64,000 nucleotides of DNA from Camelus dromedarius (lineage: Eukaryota). Position 1 is the first letter of the stretch. The number at the start of each line of letters is the position of its first letter. Under the pieces are notes generated by a model that was not told the DNA's origin, made no database searches, and saw nothing but the letters and a program-made list of their open reading frames with translations. The translations under genes and the position numbers were made by a program. The stretch covers positions 66,218,001-66,282,000 of the forward strand of contig NC_087436.1 of the NCBI RefSeq assembly GCF_036321535.1. The letters are read 5' to 3'. This document shows positions 42,076-55,608 of this stretch, piece after piece.

Positions 42076-44216
42076 TTTTAACACTATACTTCCTGAAAGA
42101 CAGGGACTAACTTATAAGAAACACTTCTTTTGTATACTGGGTAGAGCTAAGTACAATGAAAGGCAACTAACATGACTTTACTCTTCATAAAGCTGTTAAT
42201 TTGTATAAGAAAAAATAATATATTTGTTACAACAAATAGAATCATTTTTCTCACGTTTACAAATTTAAACTGTTAATAATCATGATGCAAAAAAGTGTAA
42301 ACTAATTTAATTTTTTTCTTTTAAATGTCTTGCCTTCATTATGAAAAAATTTTCCAAATTACAAAACTAAAACAAGACAAAATCCAGTTCTACTGACAAG
42401 TTTTAAGATTTGAGTGCAGTAAGTTGCACATCGATGGTGTTGATTGTGCAATAAAAGCCGGTGAGGAATCCAAAATTAATCCTTTATCTAGCCTACTGAT
42501 TTCTCTAAAGGTTTGCCACTGGAGATGCAATTACCAGGACTCTTACTGTTCAAATATAAGATTCTGAAACAAAATCCTTATCTCTAAAGAATGCTGGCTT
42601 TCTGCAAGCTTAATTATTTTTGCAATTTAATTAATACCTAAAAATGTAAATCTCCATGTCTTAGTTTCAAATAAAATTTCAATAACAGAAAACTTAAATG
42701 TACAGGGAATATAATTAGAATCCCATCAGTTTCCCATTACTTTAAGGTGGATTTTGTGTCAAAATTTAGACACATACCAGAAAAGACAATGTCCAGTCAC
42801 ATTTTAGAATCCTGGTCTTTGGAAATCATTTATCTATTTAATATCCATTCCATTTATTGTTTTATTTCCCTTGATTTCATTCTATTTTCCTTATATGTTT
42901 TAAATTTTCAGTAGTGAGACATTGCAACATCAGCAAGTTCTGGATGACAATTTTATTTTTTAGATTTGTCTTATCCTGTGTGATATAAAAAAATCCAAAA
43001 ATTTAACTGAGATAATTAAATTGTAATATGCATAAAATTTGTAAGTTGAAATCCTATTGTACATAATACATATTCATCATTTATATATGGCTCCATTGGT
43101 ACTATAGAAAAAGAATATGATTTAGAGTTGTGAAGAAATGGTTTTGAATCTCATACATCCCACTTATGACCTGCATGAACTTGTAAAAGTTCTTTATCTT
43201 TCGTTTCCACCTGTAAATAAAAGTTGATATTGCCCAACTAATGTTACAATTACTAAATGAGAAATCACATAGTATCTTGTTGGCAATTAAAAGCAAGTAA
43301 ATAATTTCTTCTCTTTCCCTCTTATCTATAAACACAGCTAGAACATAGATAAATGGAATCAGTGGTTGAATTTTATTTTTAGGACAATGGCAAAAAACTT
43401 ATTCAACATGCCTGTAAAGCAAAATAAATATATACTTTTATTAAAAATGTCAATCTTCCTTATAGTGAATTAAACTACTTGTGTTTTTTCAAACTTTTGA
43501 AAAACTGAAAACTTTGTAATATTGTACATACACATGTATATCTACAATGTACATGCATATTTTTGTGTTGATTTTTTAACCTAGGATATAAGTTCTTGTT
43601 TCCTTAGTGAAACATCTGTAATATGAATTTAGAGATAGAACATATTAAGTGAGATATTCTTTATAGAAACTTAAACACTGTGGTTTTGAAATATGTAATC
43701 TTTTCATAAAAAGTGAAATATTCATATTTCAAAACAAATCAATTCTAAATTATTTTCAAAGGACTAGATTTTATCACATATGCTAAATATTATTTTTAAT
43801 AACTTTGGTGCTTTTTGCTTGCTGTTTTCTACAAACACTGTTAAAACCCTATGAAAATTTGTATATGCAAGAAAGTGCATGAAGAGAAAAACCTAGACAT
43901 TTTGTCATGTAAGCTGAGAAGGTGAGCACTGAAAATTTTACCTCCTGACAATGGTCAATGTTAGGAAGAAACCTAGAAACTACTAATTATTAGCTACCAT
44001 TTAAATTGAATATGAAAGATGCAGTGTATATTTTCTAGTGAAACAAAGTATATAAAATATACTTTAAAGTATGTTATATCGTATCGATCCTACTCATCAT
44101 AAAATTAACATTACAAACCAGGAATATATTTTGATATAGACTTGTTAGCATTTAATCAAGTGATCAATAATCTTTGGGGCAGAAAAGAGAAGTTTAAATA
44201 AATAAATAAAACTCAC

Positions 44217-44450
44217 CTTATCCACAATACATATCTGCTTTCTGGTGTGAGCATCGAGAATTTCAATCTCGAAGTGAGTAGTTTTTACATGTTTAACTGC
44301 TGCAGCTGATCTTAGAGGGCCTGCTGAGAGTATAAGTTGCGACAAAGAGTGAAAATTTCTCAAGTCATTCTTCAGTATGGACCGTGTAGCTCTTGAGGAA
44401 ATTAATTCTCTCTTGCGTTCTGAAGCAAGGGACTTGTGCCTTTTGAACAT
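44217..44450 (-). CDS. TECRL: TECRL coding exon 1 (aa 1-78, [27 protein letters not shown]...[20 protein letters not shown])
   Basis: ORF 44145..44450 matches the recalled mammalian TECRL N-terminus up to ...IVDK, where the donor AAG|GTGAGT occurs (+ strand actcac at 44211-44216). The exon is 234 coding nt, phase 0. The rest of that ORF is intron read-through. Confidence 0.96.
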
Positions 44451-44780
44451 TGTGTGAACTACCAGAATCTGTCATGTCAACAGGAAACACTTGCAAGTGT
44501 GTTCCCTTCGAACCAGTTAAATACTGCTGGTGAAACCCAGAAAGGTCAAGTGGCATGCCATTCCAAGAGTTCAGTTTTATTTAGCAGGCTTGAAAACAAT
44601 GACTGATCTATTTCTATATATAACGCAGTATTGTGGATTGCTGCAATGTAGATTACTTTACCAGCATTCAAATTATTTCTCGCTTTCTTCTTTTATCTCT
44701 GCTTTTTAATATGGCCACTAATATCTGAAATTCCAAAGCAAGAAAAGAATAGACAACAGTTTTCATTATCTCTGAATTCT
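44451..44780 (-). promoter_or_regulatory. TECRL: Putative TECRL 5' UTR and proximal promoter
   Basis: Lies directly upstream of the ATG. It has a TATA-like TATATATAGAAA on the minus strand (about 44611-44622), AGATAA sites (44693-44698, 44766-44771), TCAAGTG (44546-44552) and CATTCCA (44559-44565). There is no CpG island. The TSS is inferred, not observed. Confidence 0.6.
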
Positions 44781-46229
44781 GGAGGCACTAATCTTCAAAC
44801 ACATATATTATTATTCACAACTCACATTTAGACATATTTAAAATTAGCATAGTGCTATCTTATAGTTAAATTTAATAACACTTAGTACATTATTACATAA
44901 CATACTTTTTTTTGTAAATGCTGCCTATGATATCAAGATTTGTGCCATGTTTTTAATACATACATAAACATCTGATACAAAATGGATGAATTCTTCATGC
45001 TAAACAGGGAATAGAAAAATGGCAAATCATCTATGAGATTGGAATATATAGAGAGATATTTTATAATTTAAGAAAAAGGAAGTAAGTCTTATTTTAACAT
45101 TTCTATACACATTATATCATTGGGAATCATTAAATTTATATACAAAATCAGGACTAAACATCACACTTTTCACAAAACTAAATTATGGTGAATTCAAATA
45201 ATCTCAGAATGAACAATGAAAAATTATAAACAACCTGGGAAGAGGGGTTTGTGGAAAAGACTTCAAGTACTTTGAGACGTGTATAACTGGTGAAGAAACA
45301 ACCAGAAAACATCCAAACTATGTCGTCTCTGACTCAAAGGGATATTGTAGGAGAATATTCTGGGATGTTATCTTCAATGAAAACATGAAAAGAAAATGGC
45401 TAAAATTATAGAGGGAGAAATCTATATATCTACCTGAGTTAATCTTTACTTTTATAATTAAATAAGATAATGTAATATTTATTTTTAATTGCACTACACC
45501 TAATGCACTGAAGATTCACTTACACGTTGTTAGGTTATCATTTTCATATATAGACCACTATGACAGTCAGTATTTAATATTTAAGAAAATAAAAGACAGG
45601 GAAATATGTGTATATATATTTGCACACACACCTACACATGTTGTCAGTTTTATCACCCCAGTTGTTCAGAACTTTAAACTTGGCATCATCCTTAACATCT
45701 CCCTTTCTCCCACACCTCAGATTTAATCCCTCAGAAATCGAGAAGCCAATCTTGACGCCATACCCAGAGCTACCTTTAAAGTGTTAATCTCACCTGTATT
45801 GCTTTTCCAAACTAGTCTTTCTGTGTCAACACTCACCAATCTGTAGTCTTTTTTTTAACACAGCAGCTGAAGTCATCAGGCTCTATACTAGAACTGGTAA
45901 TACAATAATCTGCTCGGCATTCCTATTTTATGTAATAGAAAAGCCAGAGTTCTCTGAAAAGTCTACACAACTCTGCATCATCAGCATTTTGTTATATCTC
46001 CGATTTCATCATCTAATCTATCCACAGTGCCCAGAACAGTGTATGGAATGCAGTGCCCAATAAGCATGTATTAAATAAGTAATCAATTAATAAATAATCA
46101 ATAAATGTATCATGAAGGTGTAGGCAGAATGCTAATTGCTTGCAGAGGTGAACTATTTCGTTGTATTAAAATAACATTACTGCACAACCCATTTATCTTC
46201 AGAGATAGTTTATATTAAAAAAAAAAAAA

Positions 46230-47075
46230 AAGAATGATGGAAGGACACGTGTGCCGAACTGAAAGAGCTCCCATCACCAACGCTGGAGTTATTCAAATAA
46301 GAAAATAAATACTGAATGACAAGACATTCTAACTTAAAGAATATGCATACCCATGAATCCATACTGTTGTAAATAAATAATTGAACAAATAATAAATAAA
46401 TGAATGTGGACAAAATATGACATTTTCTTACATAAGAGTCCCAAATAGTATATACAGATATTCTCTCCCTGAGTATAGGTTTTACTTAAGTAACACACTT
46501 ACGAAAAGGAATGAGTGGAAAGGGAAAATAGAAACTTTTTAGTGGAGAAAACTGGCAGGCAGACAGCATTTTGACCTAGAAGCTGAGTCTAATATCACTG
46601 GGAAGAGTCATGTTGATATCATGTACCAACTGGTATCTTGACATGAGGACAATACACCTCTGCAGTTTACTTCTAAAAGTTCATTTCCTCCGTCTAACCA
46701 GGAGAAAACAACAGACAGACCAAATTGAGGGACATTCTGCAAAAATACCTGATACTCTTCAAAACTGTCAAGAATATGAAAAATGAGGAAAAATTGAGAT
46801 AATGTGACAGATCAAAAGAGACTATATAAAGACATGACTAGAAAATGCAATGTGGTATTCTGAGTGTTTTCTGGAAGAAAAAATAAATTCATGGAAGTTG
46901 ATGAAATATGAATAACATCTATAGTTTAATTAGTAGTATTATGCCAAGGTTAATTTCTGAATTTTGATAAATACGAAAGATTTTTAAATTAGGGGAAACT
47001 GGGTAAAAAAACATACAAGAAAAATTCTGTACTTTCTTTCAATGTTTTTGTAATTTTATTCCAAAACAAAAAGTA
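46230..47075 (+). mobile_element. L1MC/L1MD-like 3' UTR fragment
   Basis: ccatgaatccatactg; caaattgagggacattctgcaaaaatacctga; ctcttcaaaactgtcaag; gacatgactagaaaatgcaatgtggtattc. Confidence 0.7.
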
Positions 47076-47609
47076 TAAAGTAAGCACACACCCACAACGA
47101 AAAGGAATGAAGAAGGAAAAAAAAATGGGTAAATGGCACTATTCAAAAGGAGAAAATTGCAGATTTTCATCTGTGCCTATCACCTAAGTTAAATATTTTG
47201 GAAAAGAATAAAAATTATTTCAAATATTATGTTATTTATTATTTCACTTTGTATTTTGGAAGTAGTTTAAGAATAAAATGTTTTTTGTTTGCCAAGGTGT
47301 TCTTATAAGATGCTAAACAGATCATAATAAAATAACACCCTGAATTACTACTTGTGTAATACTAGACCTGGGAAACCACTTTAAACTAGATTGTAACTTA
47401 AAATATATTTAAAATAGAGAACTATTATAAAATGATGCAGTGTCAAGTAGGAATCTTTATTCTAATTGCATTTATTTATAATAAAATGTAAAGGGGATGG
47501 TAAGAATATCATTGTTCTTTACCCTCATTTTTTTTTGACAGAAAGCATATCATTTAAATTTATTTTCCATTTAAAGTGCTACTTCTTATTAGATCATTTT
47601 ACATAATTA

Positions 47610-49130
47610 ATCGACATTTTTAGAGCAGTTTTAGTTTACACAATTGATTGTTTGGAAGTGCAGAATTCCCATGTATGGACTTTCTTCTCACCAAATACAC
47701 AATTTCTCTCAACATTAATATCTTGCATTAGTGTGAAACATTTGTTACAATTGATGAATTAATGTTGATATATATTTATGAATTAAAGTCCATACTTTAC
47801 TTTAGGATTTAGTCTTTGTGTTTTATAGTTCTATGAGTTTTGACAAATGGATAAATTCATGTATTTACCATGATGCTATCATACAGAATAGTTTCACTGA
47901 CCTGAGACTGTCCTGTGCTTCACCTATCCTCCCTCCCTGCACTCCTCCTGAATTCCTGGCAACTGCTGATCTTTTTATTGTCTTAATAATTTTGCCTTTT
48001 CCAGAATATCATTAATTGGATTCATACAGTATGTGGTGTTTTCTAAGACTGGATTCTTTCATTTAGCAATATGCATTTAAATTTCCTCCATGCTTTTTCA
48101 TAGCTTGCAAGTGTTTAAAAAAAATCACTGATAATACCCCACTATATGGATGTACCACAGTTTATTCATTCATTTATTGAAAGACATCTTGAATCTTGAT
48201 GTCTGCTATGAACATTTGTGGGCAGATATAATTTCCAATTTGTTTGCGTAAAAAAACTAGGAGTGTGATTGCTTGATAAAATGGAAAGCCTATGTTTAGC
48301 TTTGTAAGAAATTATCAGACTGCCTTCCAAAGTGGTTGTACCATTTGTATTCCCACCAGCAATGAATGAGAGTTCCTGTTGTTCTACATCCTCAACAACG
48401 TTTGGTGTTGCCAGTGTTCTGGAATTTGGCCATTCTACTAAGTGTGATGTGGTATCTCATTGTTTAAATAAGCAATTCTCTAATGAAAAATGATGTAGAA
48501 CATCTTTTCTTTATATCTTTGGTGAGGTGTCTGTTTAGATCTCTTACATGTTTTGTAATTACTTTTTTTTCCTCTATGTTGAGTCTTAAGAATTCTTTTT
48601 ATATTTTGGATATAAGTCCTTTATCAGATATGTTTTTTCCAAATACTTTCTTCCTGTCTGGCTTGTCTTCTAATTCTCTCAAGAGTATCTTTTGCAGAGA
48701 GAAAGTTTTTAATTTTAATGAAGTCCAGCTTATTTTTTTTCATTCATGGATTGTGCTACTGGTGTGTTATCTTCTTAAAATTATATGGTTTTACATTTAT
48801 GTCTTTGATCCATTGTGAATTAATTTATGTGAAAGATACAAGGTATGTGAATAAGTTTTCCTATTGCATGTGGATGTCTACCTATTCCAGTACCATTTGT
48901 TTAAAAGACTAATCCTTTCTCCGTTGACCTGCCTATAATTGCTTGATTGTATTTGTGGGGTTCTATTTCTAGGCTATTTATTCTCTTCTATTGATCTGTC
49001 TATTGTTTTGCCAACATCATGTGGTCCTTATTATGGTCGCTTCAAAATAAGTCTTGATATCTGATAGTGTCACTCATCTGACTTTGTTCTTCAATATTGT
49101 GAGGGATATTCTGGGTCTTCTGCTTCTTAG
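47610..49130 (-). mobile_element. L1MC/L1MD-like 3' end and ORF2 remnant
   Basis: ttttagagcagttttagtttaca; ccttccaaagtggttgtaccatttgtattcccaccagcaatgaatgagagttcctgtt; ttttggatataagtcctttatcagata. Confidence 0.8.
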
Positions 49131-49459
49131 TTCAGCTGTTATCATAGATACTCCATGTGTTTCCAAAATTACACTGTGGATTTTCTAAATTATAGTCTCG
49201 CACATTTGAATATCTTCATGTTAACAATGACTATTCTCATAAGATTTAATATTGGGGATTTCCAGAATTGATACACCTTTGTGCTGAGTCAATGGCAAAG
49301 GTGCAAAAGTAAAGGACATCATGCCTATCATTGGATAAATTGTTCTTGTCCATTTTTCTAGAGAGTAGTTCAATAGTCTGTATTTACATTTTTTTGCCAG
49401 TACTTTAAGCAACTGATGGAAATTGTAATTATCCATACATATTTGTGACATTTAACCAG

Positions 49460-49600
49460 TGACTGTGTCACCCACCAGAATGTAAGATTCATGAGGAAAA
49501 GATCGGATCTAATTTTGTCCATTGCTCTACCTTCAAGGCATAGTGTTATTCCTGGCATATAGTAAGTACTCACTATTGTTTGTTAAATGAATAAATAATC
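49460..49600 (+). mobile_element. L2 3' end
   Basis: agaatgtaagattcatgagg...cctggcatatagtaagtactcactattgtttgttaaatgaataaat. Confidence 0.7.
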
Positions 49601-52600
49601 ATGTGAATAAATTTTCCTCTCTAAGTTGAGATACTAATCAATGATATCACAATAAGGTAATCACTGGCATTTAAGAGCACCTTTGATGATAGAAAGGACC
49701 TCATGATAAAAACTATGTTTTTAGTCTGTATTAAATGTCATCTGAGTAAATCCTGGAAGACACTAAACCTGAAATTAGGCAGGTGAAAGAAAAAGAAATA
49801 GGAAGCCAAATACAAACTATTTGTCCTGGATATTTTTTGGTCAAAGTTCATAAGAAAATATATATTAGATACAAAGAATCAGAGTTTAGGAAATTAAGGT
49901 GTGATCAGAATATTAAAATAAACATCAAAGTACACTATTCTTGTACCTAAGCCAATATATAAGCAAGTATTATGTGTCTAGGAAATAACATTGTTCAGGG
50001 GAAGTAGTATCGGTTCAAGAAGTTTCTTGTTATAATTTAATAGTTATGTGATGTCAAGCTTTCCATTATCTCTTACATTTTGCAAACTTTATGAATTTTA
50101 CAAGACTTTTATGAAATATAATATAATGTATATAAAGTAATAGGGAAGTTTCTGAAAACTGGAGGGTATTCAATATATATAAGCAATGTAATTTCTCAGT
50201 TTTGGTCTCCAAAATCATATTTATGCCTCCCCAAAAATCATATATATGCTTTTCTTTACCCCATCACCCTACTCAAGCATTCAGATTATTCCTCTCCTTT
50301 ACTTTTCTAAATCAAAATGGTTATAGTACTAGTTCACTGGAAAATTAAATTTACTCATAGTAACCACATTGATGCCCAGTTCTAATCTAGTTCAACTGAC
50401 CCCTTAAAATATCTGCAAGTATATTTATTATTCTCTTCCCCTATAAAGTGTATACAGTCTTATTTTTTCCAATTTTCTCAATTTTAGTAATACCAGTGAA
50501 CTATGAAATGGTCTCTGAATCAGCAGGCTAAAAGCAGATAGAAAGGACCTGAGTAATATGAAAATAAATTATTTTCTGAGTCTCCAGAGGATATGAGTTT
50601 TTCCAGAAGAACATTTGATATCCTGATTGGTTACACAAGCTTCTGAAAATCCTGAAACTACCAAGTGGTTAAAACCACTGATGTTAACATTTCAATTAAA
50701 ACAAAATAATTAGAGAGTTATATATAATAATTGAATATTTATTATGGATACATGAAATAAGTTCCTTGTAATAGAGGAAAGGATTAGGAGAGAAAAATAT
50801 GTGTTCTTACAGGGACAAAGTTTCAGTTTTACGTTTTTTACCAACAGACTGGGATAATTGATCTAAAACAATTATCAATAAAAAATAATGATAAATAAAT
50901 CAGTCAGATTATAGATAAATGATAGTTGCTCTATTTAAAAAGACTGTACCTGAAACATAGGGGGGAAATTCTGGAATTAAATTCAGAGATATAGGTTCCT
51001 GGTCTAACTCTGCCAATGTGTGCTGTGTGATACTGGATAAACTGGGTAACTTCTCTTAATATTAGCCGTATCATTCATGAAATGAACACGTTCTCAACAT
51101 GATATTTAATGAGCCTTCTAAATACAATTTCCAAGGAATATTTGAAAGTTTGTTTCCTATTTAAAAATCAGCCATAAAAACAAAGAAGTAGGAGTAATAT
51201 CTGCATTATAGTCTTTCTCTCACAAAGTTATTGCGCAAAGTAATATTTGTAAAAATGAACTGTGAAATCCTATGACATTATTATTAATTAATTAATCAGA
51301 CTGGAATGGAAGTCTCTGTACTTCACTAAAACTATGGTGAAATTAAATGGCTTCCTGAAAAACACATCAGTTGGACTGAGATTTAATCATTTTTAACTGA
51401 GGAAAACATTTTTGCATCTTGCATGTATAAGGTTCAAGTTTTATGCAAAATTAAAATATCTATAGAAGAAAAAAAGCAAAAAGGAGGTGGCAGAACTCAC
51501 TTTAGCAGCCCATGTGCTTGTTTATTTTAGAGGTCTTCTTATTTTTTTTTAATTCTGAGTTGAATATTTACCAAAATGTTTTCTTTGAACCATTTATACA
51601 AATTACAAACTCGCCAGAAACCATTCAATCTCAGTCTCTCTAACTCAGCTTTGCCTGCTTCATTTTCCCTTGGTTGCACACTAGGTTTTTATTAGGGCAG
51701 TTGGCTATGCCCTCCCTCGTATTCCCTGAATCATCCCTGGAGAGTTTCCAGATAAGCAGGCCTGCCCTTCCTAGAGTCTGCCACACGACTGCATTTGTTC
51801 CATGTGTGTTGACAAATGCTGGTCTTTATTTTAGAAGCCGAGGCCATGCCAATTTCTCCTCTTTCTTTCAGGGATTTCTTGCCATGAATGGTGTGGACCA
51901 TAAAGTTCCTTTCTCCGTATTGAAAGAAAAACTTGAAAAAAAATTCCCTATACTTGGGATCTATATATTTAGAAACAAACTCACACTTCCTATGCAGTTT
52001 TATCTCTACTTGGGTAAGCTGTGAGGAAATCACAGTGAAACAAAATGCTAAGTTTCCATCTGAGAAATAAGAATTCAGTATTTTCATTTTTTTTATTACC
52101 TTCAGCTTATTTTTTCACTGGGGTTGGAGGATTGAGGCTAGTACATTTCTTTGGTTTCTCAGATTTTTAAGGAAGTTTTAAAACCATCAGAGAGAAGAAT
52201 GAGACATAACAGGGTGAGAGTATTAACTCTTCATCCTCATAATTTAAAAATCAGTAGCATTATTTTTATTTAGCTTTTTAATGCACATTTCAAATAATTT
52301 AAGTTATATGCCCTGAGATGTTTGAGGTACATTTTCACCTTGAAGCAGAGAGATTGACTGTAAGTATTTGAAATACCATCTTGTCTTATGATTATTTGGG
52401 ATTTTCTTGTTTTCATTTTTATACATTTTATGCCTTAAGATTTGCAAAGTTTATCTAGAAAACAACACAAGTTATGTCTACAGTGAAGTATTTGGTGTTG
52501 ACAGAATAACAGTCAGTGATCATGTGAGGCTTATTATAGTTCTGGTAATGAACTCAGCGCTCATCCACCTCACAACTGTGTAACTATATCAGATGGTTTT

Positions 52601-54246
52601 CATTATCGATGCAGAAACTGAGGCACAAAAAGTTGAAGTAACTCAACCAAAATGATGAGTCAAAAAGTGGCATAATTCATCACAAACCAGTCTAAGTTCT
52701 TAATCACTTTCTAATATCACATATTATGGCCACACACATTCACATCCAGGAATAAATATATATGTAGGGATCTATTATTTATTATTACCTAGTTAAAATC
52801 ATTCAGCACAGATATATGTATATAGTATCGAAATATAATTGTGATTGCAAAATGATAGACACATTTTTCAATGGCAAGCACACCATATCATCTACGTATG
52901 AGTTTATTTGTGCTCACAAGTGTATGTGTGTGTCTGTGTGTGTCTGTGTCTCTGTGTGATGACTTAGAGCAATTTGGGGAGCTTGCCCTTAATAAAATAA
53001 CAAACATAATGTCCCTTGACAGACATGTAGGCCTATGCTTCTCTGACTTTCATTCACTCTCAGTTTTTCCTTTGAGTCAATTTTCCTGCCATTCCTACAT
53101 CCTAGCCATTCTGAAATTTACTTGGGCCATGGTGATACCTAGAGTTACACAATTTTCTTAAGAACTGAAGTAGGCCATCACGAGGTCCTTATGTTTAATA
53201 TATAAGGAAATTAAACTATACCATACTGAAAGTATTTTATTTTCTCTTTTAATAGGATATATTATTATGCAGATTTTATAAAGGAATTGTATTTCCTTTA
53301 AATCTCAGGATTCACCTCAATCTGTTTTTGGAAGAATATAGCACAAGACCTAGTGTGTAGCATGGCAGGTGCTCAATAAAATTTAATGAATGAACAAATA
53401 AATGACAATATAAAAATTATGCTTAAGACAGTATAAAAACATTGGGTAAAACATAGTTTTATGTTAATAAGTACAGTAAATATCCATATTGGGTTAGATT
53501 GTATGTGAAACCAGAATAGTCCTCTGATTATATTAGCAAGATCCAGTCAAGAATAGTCATATGCAAACTCTGCCATGTCTGTCTCCTGGTAGAATGGACA
53601 GCAGACGAATTAAGAAATATCATACATCAGAAACATACATATTTTAAACAGTGAAGTGAACAGCATTTGCATATGGACTGGCTATGGGTTGTGGGAAGGG
53701 AGAAGGGTGAGGTTGATTCATGAATTTTGACCAGAAAAACTAGAAGAATTACCATATACCAAAATAAAAATGACTACAGGGAAAATGTTTGTTAGAGAAA
53801 AATTAGGATTTTTTAAAATTGTTTTGTTGTTAGACATATCATCCTTGAGACTCCTTTTAGGTTATTTATCCATGTGAGCTTTAGTGGGTAATTGGATATG
53901 GGAACATGATGTTTAAGGTCAGACCAGAATGGAGCTGTAAATTTGAGACTTTTTTCCCATGCATAGGCTACATTTAAAGTTATATGGCTTCCTGAGAATC
54001 CATTGTTCACTATTCCACTTTCTTCATGCCTTTGTTTAAAGAACATCTACCGTTCAGGGTCTTCCATGTCACCTCTAGTTTAAATTGTTAAACTTTTCTT
54101 AGCACTGGTTTATTTTTCTCCTTAATGTTTACCACTTTCTACTACACTATATAATTTGCTGTATATTACAGGTCTTTCTACCCAATAGCTTGTCCATGCC
54201 AGAAGGCAGGCTGCTTGTTTATTTTACTCATTGATATATCTGTACC

Positions 54247-54683
54247 AGTTGGAAGAGGCCATCAAAAAGACATGACCACCAATTGACCTTCAAGCTGGAC
54301 CTGGGTAATTAGAGGTTACCACTTCCTCCCCTGTCTTTGGAATGTGTGTTCAGCTTGCTTTCCCTGCTCCTCGAAGTTGCACCAACCATGTAGCGTTGAA
54401 ATAGAAATGTGGTCTAGAAGCTATCTGGACTAAGTATGTGACTGTGACTGAACATAGTTAAGCCCGCTATATAAACATTTAAGGTTCTGTTGGGCAGATG
54501 AAGAAATCTACTTGTCTTGTGACCGCCCAATACAAGCTTAGTGAGTAAATTTCCTTGCTTATTAAAAGTGCCACCTACCAATCTGGAGCAGCCTACCTTT
54601 TTCTTAGGTTTCTCCTACCCTCTGCATAAAGGGGCTGGTTTCAGGTCATATCCAGAAAGATCCCAGGAGTTTTTGAAGCAACA
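54247..54683 (+). mobile_element. Solo LTR (about 437 bp) upstream of TECRL
   Basis: Starts AGTTGG (likely decayed TGTTGG) and ends GCAACA. TATATAAA is at 54468-54475 and ATTAAA at 54561-54566. Flanks GTACC/CTACC form a 5-bp TSD with one mismatch. It sits within L2-like sequence. Confidence 0.7.
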
Positions 54684-55544
54684 CTACCACCCCAGCATAT
54701 TACCATTGAATGAAGGAGAAAGCAATAATTTGGGGACTAACACAGGGGAAGAGCAGCAGCACTTAGGGATTCTGGAAAAATTCTAAAAAAATCCTTGGGA
54801 GATTGTGCAAATTATAAAACAGGGAACCAGGGAAGATGGTTTCTCCAAGGCCAAACATTGAAATGTTTTTAGAGATTGTGACTTTCTAGCTTAAATACTG
54901 TAGACTGGTTTGAAAACTGAAGGCTAAAAATTGAAAATTTGATTTGTAAGAAGAGGAAAGGAAATGAATATCCAGATCAAATTTGTAAAAGCTCCTGTAG
55001 AGAGAGGAAGACAGAAATAAAGGGTAGCTAGATGGAAGGAAATATGGGGTAAAGAGTTTACTTTTTAAATGTAAATGATATTATGACATTTATAAGCTGA
55101 TATTAATGATATCATAAAAAGAATCAAAATATGATGATAAAGAAAACGAAGAGGTAATTGCTAGAACAATGTTCTTAACCAGCAAAAGGAAATGGGAGTT
55201 TATGTACAATTAGAGGGTCTGACCCTAGGTAGAGGAAGGGTCAGTCTTAGGATTGAGTGCAAAGAAGTAGAAACATATGGGCACAGAGGCAAGTTTATTG
55301 ACAGATGTGGAACTTCTCTTACCACTGCTTATATTTTCTTATTAATAGGTGAAGAAAATTCAACAGTTGAGAGAGAGGAGTGAGGTAAAGGTGTTAGAAG
55401 AACAAGAAAAAAGAGAAAGTTGCTTGTCCTTATATGCTCAGCCTATAATGGTTTTATGGTCTATTCTGGTATTATGTAACATAAAATGTTAAAGTTTTAT
55501 ATCAGTAACGACGTATTTCTCACACATGCATGCTGCAGAGACTC

Positions 55545-55548
<4 letters not shown>

Positions 55549-55606
<58 letters not shown>
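55549..55606. repeat. (AT)29 microsatellite
   Basis: Perfect AT dinucleotide run of 58 nt. Confidence 0.98.

Positions 55607-55608
<2 letters not shown>

Larger units (their letters stand above)
18572..44216 (-). other. TECRL: TECRL intron 1 (about 25.6 kb, GT-AG)
   Basis: Bounded by the exon 1 donor GTGAGT and the exon 2 acceptor TTTCAG. Confidence 0.9.

Noticed and set aside
44145..44216. Last 23 aa of the 101-aa ORF ([10 protein letters not shown]...) as TECRL coding sequence
   Set aside because: It lies after the GTGAGT donor and is intron read-through; similarity resumes in exon 2.
51674..52087. Overlapping antiparallel ORFs of 116 and 118 aa
   Set aside because: No recognisable protein similarity, at least one uses a non-ATG start, and there is no exon context; consistent with chance.
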